Source of the DNA: Styela clava
Lineage: Eukaryota
Length of the DNA: 64,000 nucleotides
Direction: 5' to 3'
NCBI RefSeq assembly: GCF_964204865.1
Contig: NC_135250.1
Span: 31,868,001-31,932,000, forward strand
Part shown: positions 13,235 to 22,785 of the stretch, piece after piece
Numbering within the stretch: the stretch's first letter is position 1
How the letters are laid out: each line of letters begins with the position of its first letter
Position numbers and translations under genes: made by a program
The notes under the pieces: model-generated
Told to the model about the DNA's origin: nothing
Seen by the model: only the letters and a program-made list of their open reading frames with translations
Databases searched by the model: none

Positions 13235-14662
13235 ATGAGTCAAATTATTGTGATAGACAGCTCTGATGAAGATGATAAACCACTAACAAAAAATAATGAA
13301 GATGTTAAAAAACCTGCTGCGGAAATCATAAAAAATGGCAAAGATAAAACTGTCGAAAAATTAAACAATCATGACGAATTTTTTTTACAATTTGTTGATC
13401 TGTGCAATAAAGTTGTTGGCGAGAAAGAGGAAGGACGAAAAATAATTTTATTTTTGAATAAAAAATATGAAGAATCATCATTGGATTATAAGAATTCAAG
13501 GGAATTTCGGAAATTACTTCAACGATATATTTTAAAATTGGATAACGGTTCAAAAGACGTTTTTGTTCTTGTCCATGACGTTGTCTCGATGCTCGATAAA
13601 AGTAATAAAGCGGGGAGTGAAATCAAAAAAGAATTTCCTAAAAGAAAACCATCTGAAAAAGGATTTAATAAAAACGATCTTGCGTCAAAAAAACGAAGAG
13701 TAAATATTGAATCTATTTGTAAAGATTTATCAGAAAAAGTGGTATCAGATGATGGATTGAGGTGTGAGATAAAAAGCACTGTGTCTTCCTCTAGTAGCGG
13801 TGTTGATGTTAAATCAAAAGAACCTTCTAATAATACGGAAGCAGGTACGAGCTCCACAGAGGATGAACGGACTTCTCATTTAAGACGGAAACGTAAAAAA
13901 AAGATAAAAAACCTTGAAAATTTGTTGAAAAGAATTTCAAATGAAATTATACGATTACAAAACACTGAGTTGTCCTTGGATGACCTTGAAAAAAGCGACA
14001 CAAGTTATATTGTCGAATCAAAACTTAAAAAACGATTTATGCAAATCTATACACAGTTATGTAAAATAAACAAGGCCCCTGTACAAACTGGGAGAGTCAT
14101 CGAAAAAAAAATCAAAGTACAATCTTCAAGATTTGTGGAAATAAATCAAAAAGTTGCACGATATATAAATAACCCTAGAAGAGGGAACGAATTTCCAGAT
14201 TATGGAGATATTTATCATCTTGTGGAACAAGCGAATATAAAAAATAATTTGTGCCTTACGGAATGTCATATTGAAATTAATGCAAAAGAAGTTTTCAAGG
14301 AAGTTGGTGAAAGATTACAAAAACGTCGCGAAAAAGATTTTGTTTTTGAATTTGGGTGCTCATCTATTGATGATAATAAAAATAACCCAGATCCTGCGCT
14401 TTCAGACGAAATTTTGGGGAAAAAATTAACAGAAAATCGGACTCTGGCGAAAGATAATATGAAGACGGTAATCGACAAATATTCCAAACTACAAAATGAT
14501 ATGGGTGAGCGGTCGCAACAGAATGAAGACAACGGAAAACTCGACGATGAAAGTGACGATTCCGAAAGTGATGAATCCAATGATTCAAAAACGATACAAA
14601 TTGACTCTGATTCTTCTGAAACAGATCTTGATACAAACATTGGGAACGGTGGGGCTAAATGA
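13235..14662 (+). CDS. DAXX: Death domain-associated protein 6 (histone H3.3 chaperone), intronless CDS, 475 aa
   Basis: N-terminal SIM IIVIDSSDEDD; helical bundle FFLQFVDLC; histone-binding domain IKNLENLL..EIIRLQNTELSLDDLEKSDTSYIVESKLKKRF..TGRVIE..FPDYGDI..F.EVGERLQKRR..DPALSD; acidic tract; C-terminal SIM-like TIQIDSDS. Confidence 0.95.
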   Translation: MSQIIVIDSSDEDDKPLTKNNEDVKKPAAEIIKNGKDKTVEKLNNHDEFFLQFVDLCNKVVGEKEEGRKIILFLNKKYEESSLDYKNSREFRKLLQRYILKLDNGSKDVFVLVHDVVSMLDKSNKAGSEIKKEFPKRKPSEKGFNKNDLASKKRRVNIESICKDLSEKVVSDDGLRCEIKSTVSSSSSGVDVKSKEPSNNTEAGTSSTEDERTSHLRRKRKKKIKNLENLLKRISNEIIRLQNTELSLDDLEKSDTSYIVESKLKKRFMQIYTQLCKINKAPVQTGRVIEKKIKVQSSRFVEINQKVARYINNPRRGNEFPDYGDIYHLVEQANIKNNLCLTECHIEINAKEVFKEVGERLQKRREKDFVFEFGCSSIDDNKNNPDPALSDEILGKKLTENRTLAKDNMKTVIDKYSKLQNDMGERSQQNEDNGKLDDESDDSESDESNDSKTIQIDSDSSETDLDTNIGNGGAK

Positions 14663-15286
14663 CCACTGTAAATCGTTAAAGTGAGCTATTTCGAATCATT
14701 TCCTAGTGCCAGTGCTGCACTTTTTGTGTGAGATTAAATTGTATGTGACTCGATGGAAAAATCTAATAATAACTGACGCTTGTCATTGCAACACTTTCAG
14801 TTCAATATTTACCGTAATTGCACTGAAAAATGCCACACCCTACTTTGATTCTACCATTCTACAGAGTGGCTGTGAAATAAAAGTTTAAATAACCACTGTA
14901 AATCATTGAAGTGTAACTGGTCGGAATAATCTAATAGTAACTGGAAACTACCATTGCTGCCCTTTTTCTTAGAGTCAATTTGTACTGAAGTAAATATACA
15001 TGGACCTACTCTAGTGTGATTATAAGTCATTGAAGTGTGACTGGTCAGAATATTCTTATAGTAAAATATATTTGCAGTTGCTGCCAATCGTTGTATTAGC
15101 TAAAAATAGACTAAATCATGATTTACTTTTTTGATTTTTCTAAGATGTCAGAATTTTATTCTGTTTTGAACTTAAAACAATTGTGAATTTTGATTGATTA
15201 ATTTGTTTGAGTTTGAAGTTCATATTTTCATCATGTTTATCGAAACACCGATAGTGTTATTTTTACAGAGTGTGCTATGATATATA

Positions 15287-15493
15287 TAGGGTGTCCATAA
15301 AGTCGTTAAATTTTTTTAAATTGCAAAGGGAATTTATAGATACCATATATTCTTTTGGCCCTCATAGATATATTAAATGAAGTGAAAATATTTGAACAAT
15401 TACTGATTAAAAAACAACAAACCTGGTTAAGATATATTGGGAACTGACTTCATAACAAAATTGAAATTGTAAATGGACTTTATAGACACCCTG
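15287..15493. mobile_element. Tc1/mariner-type MITE; copies at 28657-28851 and (degenerate) about 35406-35610
   Basis: TIR (C/T)AGGGTGTCCATAAAGTC...GACTTTATAGACACCCTG; TA on both flanks; internal sequence shared between copies. Confidence 0.85.
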
Positions 15494-15876
15494 TATAGTA
15501 GTGTATAGCTATATTTTCTATTAATTGAGTTCGTGTGGGACAAACTACATTTCTTTCAACTATACCAGGGGTCACAAACTGGGGGTAATCAGCCCCAAAA
15601 GAATAATTTAGCAATTTTTCGATGATAATTCGAGTGCTCACAGTTTAAATAGTTTCTTTTGTAATCCCCCTCCTTTGGACTAGTCTGCGGGAAAGCTGGA
15701 CATACAATGCTTGCATCTCGCTTAGTCATATGGTTGATAGGGACATGTTAACAATACCTTGCCATACAAATTGCAGGCTAAAGTGTTGAGCTGGCGCAAT
15801 TTTAGCATTTCATCGAAGTTGGATGGAAAGATGCAATAGGTGATAGTATTATTGCAATTTTTAGTAAAAAAAAATG

Positions 15877-16113
15877 GGTGCTCCCGAAATATGCGAACCA
15901 AGATGGCGGACATCGGAACGTAACATGGGTAACAGGTTAGGGTTAGGCGATAATTTTTTTTCCAATTTTCCTTATTTTAGTCCTAATATCAGTTCGAAGA
16001 CTAGCCAAGAGCCTCTCGTAGTATTTATACCTAAAATTATGGCCTAACCCTAACCTGATACACATATTACATTCTGATGTCCGCCATCTTGGTTCGCATA
16101 CTTCGGGAGCCCC
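15877..16113. mobile_element. Fold-back GG-ended MITE, subfamily A (Merlin-like)
   Basis: About 75-bp TIRs GGTGCTCCCGAA..ACCAAGATGGCGGACATCGGAA..GGTTAGGGTTAGGC; perfect 8-bp TSD AAAAAATG. Confidence 0.9.
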
Positions 16114-16575
16114 AAAAAATGAGATAACAATTTGACTACTGTGTTATTTTGAAAGGGGTAATTGAACCTTTGGCAATTTGTTTTAAGGGTTATGATATTG
16201 TTTCCCAATCCTTCCTTCATCGTGAATTTATATCTTATTTATTTTTACATTCCATGTCCATGTGTAGATATACCCATATTGGTACACATACTTCAGGAGC
16301 GCCGAATCTTCTTACCAAAGCTTTGTACTAGCAGTCGCCGATATGTAAGAGCTACAGTTTGAAAGAACTCGAATTTTTTCAAATCGGCATTGTCTCCTCA
16401 ATTTACTTGCCTAAGGGTATGATTGCGCAATTACCGGTATTTCTTCATGTCTCCCAATTTCAATTTCTTCTATATACAATGTATATTTTCAGAATTGTGT
16501 GAAATAGAGCAAGAGTTCATGTATTTTTAATGATGTTGCTTTTTACTCCAGACAAGGTTCTGTACTATAGTCACC

Positions 16576-16779
16576 TGGTTCCATTACATTTGAACCCACG
16601 TACATTTGAACCCATGACAATTGCACCTGTATGCTATTGCTCCTATGGAATTTTTTTTGTTTCACGGATAGTTAAACCCATACTAACCCTAACCCATGGG
16701 TTTTAGCACCCGCATATAGATTGAACCCGTGGATATAGGCATGGGTTCAAATGTATGTGGGTTCAAATGTACGGTCACC
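16576..16779. mobile_element. MITE with repeated ACATTTGAACCC subterminal motifs and a central CTAACCCTAACCC
   Basis: Left arm (TACATTTGAACCC)x2, right arm (GGGTTCAAATGTA)x2; flanked by the direct repeat TAGTCACC. Confidence 0.75.
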
Positions 16780-16920
16780 TAGTCACCGATATGTCATATG
16801 CTGCTATAGTTTGAAACGAAACAACCCAAATTCTTCTAGTTCGACATTGTGTACCCAATTTATTACCCCCTAGGTGTGGCGGTGGCATTCGAACCCCGAG
16901 ATCTTTCACCCACTATGGCC

Positions 16921-17436
16921 CAGGGGTTCTCAACCTTTTTTCTGTCAAGTACCCCCCCGAGTCACGAAACAATCAATGCGAACCCCCGGAAATCATACAG
17001 CGAACAAAGTTGTAATATATTGACTAACAATTTGTTGCAACACCAATTTATTGACCTTATGTAACTTAATTAAATTGTCTTGTTGATATTATTGCCCTTG
17101 TCTTCTGCCTAACTAATGAATTCTTAAAATCTCTCCCAAGTTACAATAAGCAAAATCACTTCTCCAATGCTCGCAGCACGCTGTCTTTAGAGATTTCACA
17201 GTTTGCATGCAAAACTTTGAATTTCACATTGTTGCGCCATAATCACAACAACGCAACATCAGGGAAAATCTACCATTCAACTGGCATCTAGTTTCAATGG
17301 GCATGCATTTTCCTAGGGTAGTAATAAAGGATATTGAAAAAGATCATCACACGAAAACTCCACTGCCATCCAAGTACCCCTGGAAATCTTCTCGTGAACC
17401 CCTGGGAGTTCGCGAACCCCAGGTTGAACACCCCTG
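16921..17436. mobile_element. hAT (Charlie-like) MITE
   Basis: Termini CAGGGGTTCTCAACC...GGTTGAACACCCCTG; no clear TSD. Confidence 0.7.
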
Positions 17437-17590
17437 CTCTATGCCAACATAGCTAAGACAACTCCTCCGGCACTAAGCTATTACGCAACCTAGCTTCCAT
17501 TTTTCCTTTTATTATGGCGATTACCCAATTTATGTGCATGTGACTTTTTAATAATGAAAAAATTTTTCATTTTATCTCTTATAGGACATA

Positions 17591-18463
17591 ATGTTGGATT
17601 TCTTAATTAAGTATTATCTAATCAGACCTCAATTTAGAGTTCTATTCATATGGATTGGCGTTTTAGCATTATCTGGTCTAAAAGAATTTGTCTTCATTCC
17701 TGACTCGTATTTTTCCGATTCAACGAATTTTTTCAACATTTACATCGTCAAGTACAATTGGATTTGGACCGTTTGGCTTGTAACCCCATATGCATTTATA
17801 ACAAGTTTTGTTTATTCCTGCGACCATTGGAAACGAGGTTCTGTCGCTACTGGGCTGAGATGGCTATTTCTCACTGGACTTTTTTACTTTTGGACAATTG
17901 TTTTCGACGGAATCAGCAACCTAACTGGGCTATGCTTTGATTCTGCCAGAAATCCACTGTTAGACATCACAGATAAGCAGTCATGTATGAAATTGGCGGG
18001 AACCAATCGCTGGCGAAGTTTTGAAATTTCAAATCAAGCTTTCACATTAACCCTTTCAGCACTGGTGATAGCCTCGGAGCTACAAATCCAAAAATACTGG
18101 AAATACATCTCAACCCACGCAGCAGAGACTTCACCGTGTTTAGCTATCGGATCAAAGTCCCTTATCAGGCTAAAAGCGAGGCATAAAACAACGAAAACAA
18201 CAATAAACTATTTATTTATTTTCTGTTCAATTTTGAGCATTTTTTGGGAATTTTCCCTAATTTGTACCTGTCTGTATTCTCATGGTTTTATCACTAAAGC
18301 GTTAGGTGCTGCTTTCGGAATTTTGTCATGGATGGTTGCATATTTAGAATTATTCCGTAACCGCTCTTTCCCTATTTATCCTGGTTACGGCCATCTAAAG
18401 TCTTTGATCACCCACACGCCGGCTAAGGAGAACAGGAATGGGGTGGATAAAAAGAAAGAATAG
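17591..18463 (+). CDS. FITM2: FITM/FIT-family ER membrane protein, paralogue a (290 aa, intronless; first catalytic His absent)
   Basis: P.SYFS...NFFNIYIVKYNWIWT; multiple TM segments; luminal Cys pair; FEISNQAF where the family has FDISGH.F; TCLYSH; C-terminal di-lysine KKKE. Symbol denotes family, not proven orthology. Confidence 0.88.
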   Translation: MLDFLIKYYLIRPQFRVLFIWIGVLALSGLKEFVFIPDSYFSDSTNFFNIYIVKYNWIWTVWLVTPYAFITSFVYSCDHWKRGSVATGLRWLFLTGLFYFWTIVFDGISNLTGLCFDSARNPLLDITDKQSCMKLAGTNRWRSFEISNQAFTLTLSALVIASELQIQKYWKYISTHAAETSPCLAIGSKSLIRLKARHKTTKTTINYLFIFCSILSIFWEFSLICTCLYSHGFITKALGAAFGILSWMVAYLELFRNRSFPIYPGYGHLKSLITHTPAKENRNGVDKKKE

Positions 18464-18822
18464 TCGTTTTTTATTAGAGGAAACTTCAAAATTTTGAATT
18501 GTCAAATTAGGCCATAGCATCTTGCAGGCCAAAAAACAGGGATTTTGACATTTAGTCCTAACGGTCTAAAATGCGTTCAAGATACGAAGAATTGCTATTT
18601 GTGATACAGAAAATACTTTTTTTACATTAAGAAATGAGGGGTTCCAACCCGCAATGCCCCCATCGACCTTGGGTTGGAAAAATTTTTGCATTTTTTATTG
18701 GGTGTTGTCCATAGTATCCAAATAGTTCAATATTTTAGATTTTTATTTTGTAATTATTAGCAATCATTGCTATCATAGAGGTTTGCTCAAAGTAAAAAAT
18801 GTGTGAAAGGAGTATAACTATA

Positions 18823-19357
18823 AACTAGAGCTGCGTGCAGCTTTAACAGGCTTCCCGCGTAAAAAAAACTGAAGACGCGTTTTGCTCACTGGAGCATGAA
18901 AGCGTGGTCAGTCATGCATAAAATTTGCAATTTATGATGGGGGACTTATTATCTGCATGTGATGTAAATTTCAAGTCTCTAAGTAGTGTCGTTCTCGAGA
19001 AGAAGATGAAAATGTAAAATCCTATATTGCTCACTGGAGCGTATCGCCGAGGTCACTCATGCGTATCCTTGACATATTGTATCCAGAACATGTCCATTAA
19101 TCATTGTTAGGAATTTCAACCCAATACCATGTATCAATTTTGAGAAATCGTAAAAAAACTGAAGACGCGTTTTGCTCACTGGAGCGTGAAAGCGTGGTCA
19201 GTCATGCATAAAATTTGCATTTTATTGCTAGCTGAGAACTTCTGCACATTTGAGGTTTTAATTTCAAGTTTGTAGGACCAATTTGAAAAAAAAATAATAA
19301 TAATAAAACACAGGAATACAATAGGTTCCCTGCTGACAAGCAGCGGGAAGCCTAATA
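18823..19357 (-). mobile_element. Helentron-associated (DINE-1/HINE-like) non-autonomous element
   Basis: On the minus strand: TATT start, subTIR AGGCTTCCCGC with a nearby inverted copy, (ATT)n tract, two internal direct repeats of about 70 bp (18861, 19152), 3' subTIR GCGGGAAGCCT, hairpin AGCTGCACGCAGCT, end CTAGTT. Confidence 0.8.
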
Positions 19358-19489
19358 ATTGATTTAATATGTTGTAACTAAATTCTATAGATAAGAATCA
19401 AATTTTTGTATTTGTGGAAGTTGGAAGCCAAAAATTTATTCAAAACTTTGAAATTCAGTGTCTGATTTAGGTTTTTATAGGAGTATGAA

Positions 19490-20300
19490 ATAATATGTTG
19501 TGTGCTACGATGTATCGAAAAATCTGGGAATTTAAACAACTTGTTTGAACCGGTTTGAATAAGCCAGAGTGCAGTATTTTTAATTTTGTTCCGACAGAAC
19601 TCTTTGCTACCTTAAACGTTCCCATAATTTTTGTTACTATTTCACTCCCAGCTCTGTAAAGCAACTTGTAACAATCATATTGTTTCGTTTTCTAAGTACT
19701 GGGAATTATATGTATGGTGCTACTATGTATCTGGCAAATCGGAAATTTAAACAACTTACCTTGGATGGGTTCGTAAGCACTAGTGTGCAATATTTTTTCA
19801 ATTTCATTCTGGCAAAACTCTTTGCAACTTAAACGTTGCCATAATTTTTGTTACTATTCCACTCTCAGCTCTGTGTAGCAAACTCGTTATTTACAATCAT
19901 ATTGTTTCTTTTTCTTGGTAAATAAGAGAATTATATGTGATGTGCTACTATATATATGGGAAAAGTAAATTTAACAACTCATCCTAGCAGGGTTTAAGAG
20001 AGCTAAAGTGCATTACTGTTTAATTTCAAAATGCTTTGTGACCTCAAAATTGTGGCCGAAGATGAAAACAAATATTTCAGATTATTTTTGACTGAAATTT
20101 TTCACTCCCATCTCTGTGAAGCAAGCTTCCTACAATCATAGTATTCTTTTTCTTAGGGAAAAATTAATAACCTATGAGGTTATACTATGTATCAGTAAAG
20201 TCGGGAATTTAAACCACTAAGCTAGGCATGATTTATGAAAGTGCATTATTGTTCATTTTCATCCTGACACAGTTCTTTTAACCTCAAATTGTAGTGCCAT
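19490..20300. repeat. Degenerate tandem array of about 220-240 bp units (3-4 copies), with a detached partial unit at 20760-20818
   Basis: Recurrent tgctactat.tat...gg.aatttaaacaact and ttcactccca.ctctgt.aagcaa...acaatcata.tgttt blocks at about 19641, 19857, 20101 and 20761. Confidence 0.75.
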
Positions 20301-20848
20301 CTGTGTGCGTCTGCTTACCACCACAGCTACCTTATATGTTATTTCATTATATAGTGGTTTCCAAACCCAATGGTTATTGAGTGAAATAGTTTAATAACAC
20401 TTTATGTTTTGTTTTCTTTTTGCGTTCTAGACACAGCCAGTTATTACGTCGTTATCACAGTTAAAGTTCTGTATATTCATAAACAATTCAATCACACCAG
20501 TTTCTTAATTTTTCGTACTGTTATCGATATCTGTCCCTTGTGAGCGCTCCACTTTACTGCCCGCGAATATCTCATTTTTCTCATTTTCTGGTGAATCAGC
20601 TTTTGGAACCACAGCAGTAAACAAACATACATCAATGGCATTTGTCGAAATAGATCTTTTATATGCCAACACTGATCAATATTTGATACATTACCTAAAT
20701 ATTTATCTGCAAATGTTGTTTATTCTTTTTGCAAACTTTCACAGTAGATTTAAGTTAAGTTTCAACTCCCTGCTCTGTGAAGCAAACTTGCAATAATCGT
20801 AATGTTTTTTCTTCTCAGTTAAAAACTGATAATCTATTATTAAATAAG

Positions 20849-21694
20849 ATGTTGAATGCACACAAAAGTTGGCCCTGGTTGTATTTGGAGGCAGTTGCTC
20901 TATTTGTCGGAGTTATTATTTTGTCAGCTTTTCGTGAGTTTTTCGACATTCCAGAAACGTACTTTTCGAGCAAAAGAAATATTTTAAACCAATATTTTGT
21001 GAAGTTTGGATGGGCGTGGACATTGGCCCTCTCAGCACTGTACGTACTCACTGGGACAGTGAATTATTACAAACAATACAAGCGGAAACTTTTCAATGCA
21101 CTTGCTCGAAGCGTCATACTTACCATCTTTTGGTTTCTATTTACCATCACTCTGTTTGGAGCTGTAAGTAGAATTACTTACCCAGACTGTGTTAACTATG
21201 ACGGTAAAATAATTGAAAATGTCACGGATGAGCGATCATGCATGAAATTGGCGGGAAAGCATTACTGGATTGGTTTTGATATTTCGGGACATGCTTTTAT
21301 TTTAACCCTTACGATACTGATGATATCTTCAGAACTACAAAAGCAATATTGGAAAACATCAGAGAGATCAGAGGGTTATGTTGGGTTACATTCAAAAGCT
21401 GCAATGGACATTTTATTGCCATTTTTTTATGGATTAAACCTCGTTTTAATCTTTATTTGGGGTATTTCTTTAATAGCCACCTGTCTATATTTCCATGTAT
21501 TTCTAAGTAAAATGCTTGGGGCAGGTTTTGGGATATTCTCATGGTGGATTTGCTATTTTAAAATCTTCCCTTTTCTATCTATCTCGTTAAGCGATGAAAA
21601 TGGAACTAACCCTGACTCAAACTTGAATCCTCTTTTAGCTGAGAAGATTACTGAAGCAGAGTCTAAGTCAAATCCAAAGAAAAAATTATGCTGA
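20849..21694 (+). CDS. FITM2: FITM/FIT-family acyl-CoA diphosphatase, paralogue b (281 aa, intronless; catalytic motifs intact)
   Basis: PETYFSSKRNILNQYFVKFGWAWT, GFDISGHAFIL, TCLYFH, C-terminal KKLC. Start placed at ATG 20849, after the acceptor ending at 20818; the ORF track starts at a GTG. Confidence 0.93.
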   Translation: MLNAHKSWPWLYLEAVALFVGVIILSAFREFFDIPETYFSSKRNILNQYFVKFGWAWTLALSALYVLTGTVNYYKQYKRKLFNALARSVILTIFWFLFTITLFGAVSRITYPDCVNYDGKIIENVTDERSCMKLAGKHYWIGFDISGHAFILTLTILMISSELQKQYWKTSERSEGYVGLHSKAAMDILLPFFYGLNLVLIFIWGISLIATCLYFHVFLSKMLGAGFGIFSWWICYFKIFPFLSISLSDENGTNPDSNLNPLLAEKITEAESKSNPKKKLC

Positions 21695-22785
21695 TTGAGG
21701 GGCTGGTTTAAATAGGTTATTATCTCCTTCCCACTGATTTTGTTTTGTTTGATTTTGTTAGCTAAAAAATAGACAATAAAGTATAATTGAGTCAGAGTTT
21801 AAAGAGGACAATCGTAACCTTTACTTTAAGATAATATTATAAAAATGGAAATATTTTTAAGGTTTTCTTACGTACTATAAATGGAATGAATTAGTAAATT
21901 TTATGATTAAAGACGATATTTCTTCATTTTATGATTTATTCTATGATTTCAAGTATTTTGTTTCTTACAGTTTTATTGTGCAGATGTTGAAATAACTGTG
22001 TCATGCCAGAAGAATTTGGTTTGAACAAAATTTGGAATTAATAATGCCTATAAAAGAGATATTGATAAGAGATATCTTAAGTGTTTAAAGCTATGAAAAT
22101 CACTATGTAGAAAGCTTTTTTTTTGTTCCAAAGGAGAGGGTTCCAAACGTCCACATAATTGGATGTCTTTTGTGTATCAATTTCCTTTTGGAAATGGTGA
22201 AATGCCACTCAACTATCAAATCCTGATATATACCAGAAGGTCACTATAGATAAGACAAGTTCTGAAGGAATCTCACTGCTTTGAATACCATTTGACCTTT
22301 CACTGTTTTTGTTGGTCTATCATGTTGCATTAGATACGAAAACTATAGATTTTTAGCATATAAAATATTCAAGTTTTTCCAATTAATCAAGGGCACATGA
22401 CAAATTTATTTTTCAATGCGTTCAATTTTAGTTTAAAATTTGTATTGTAAGCATATAAATACCTTCGATAGTTTACGAATTGCTTTTAATTCTTAGGTAT
22501 CCCCTATCTGTTTTATTGGTGCTCCCGAAGTAGGCGCATCAAGATGTCACACAACCTGAACCCTGACCTGGTACACAACGTGAGTTCCCCCCCTCCCCCC
22601 TTCCTTCAATTTTTAACTTGGAATTTGAAAATGAGCATTGTACACGTAAAAATCCCTCGATTTTTCTAATATATTTTTTAATTAAGTAATCAGAACACTC
22701 CCTGCATATCACACTGTTTAATAATAAATGTTTAATTTGATGTTTTTCCAGTTAGTTGAGCCCATAGGTGTCAGATACGACCACC

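Noticed and set aside
13326-14684. Overlapping antisense and alternate-frame ORFs across DAXX
   Set aside because: Shadow ORFs of a compositionally biased CDS; no recognisable motifs.
15877-16113. Interstitial telomere or chromosome-fusion relic
   Set aside because: Only about 2 TTAGGG units per arm, always inside TSD-flanked MITEs.
20777-20848. N-terminal extension of FITM-b in the ORF track
   Set aside because: Starts at GTG and spans a splice acceptor; ATG 20849 aligns with the start of paralogue a.
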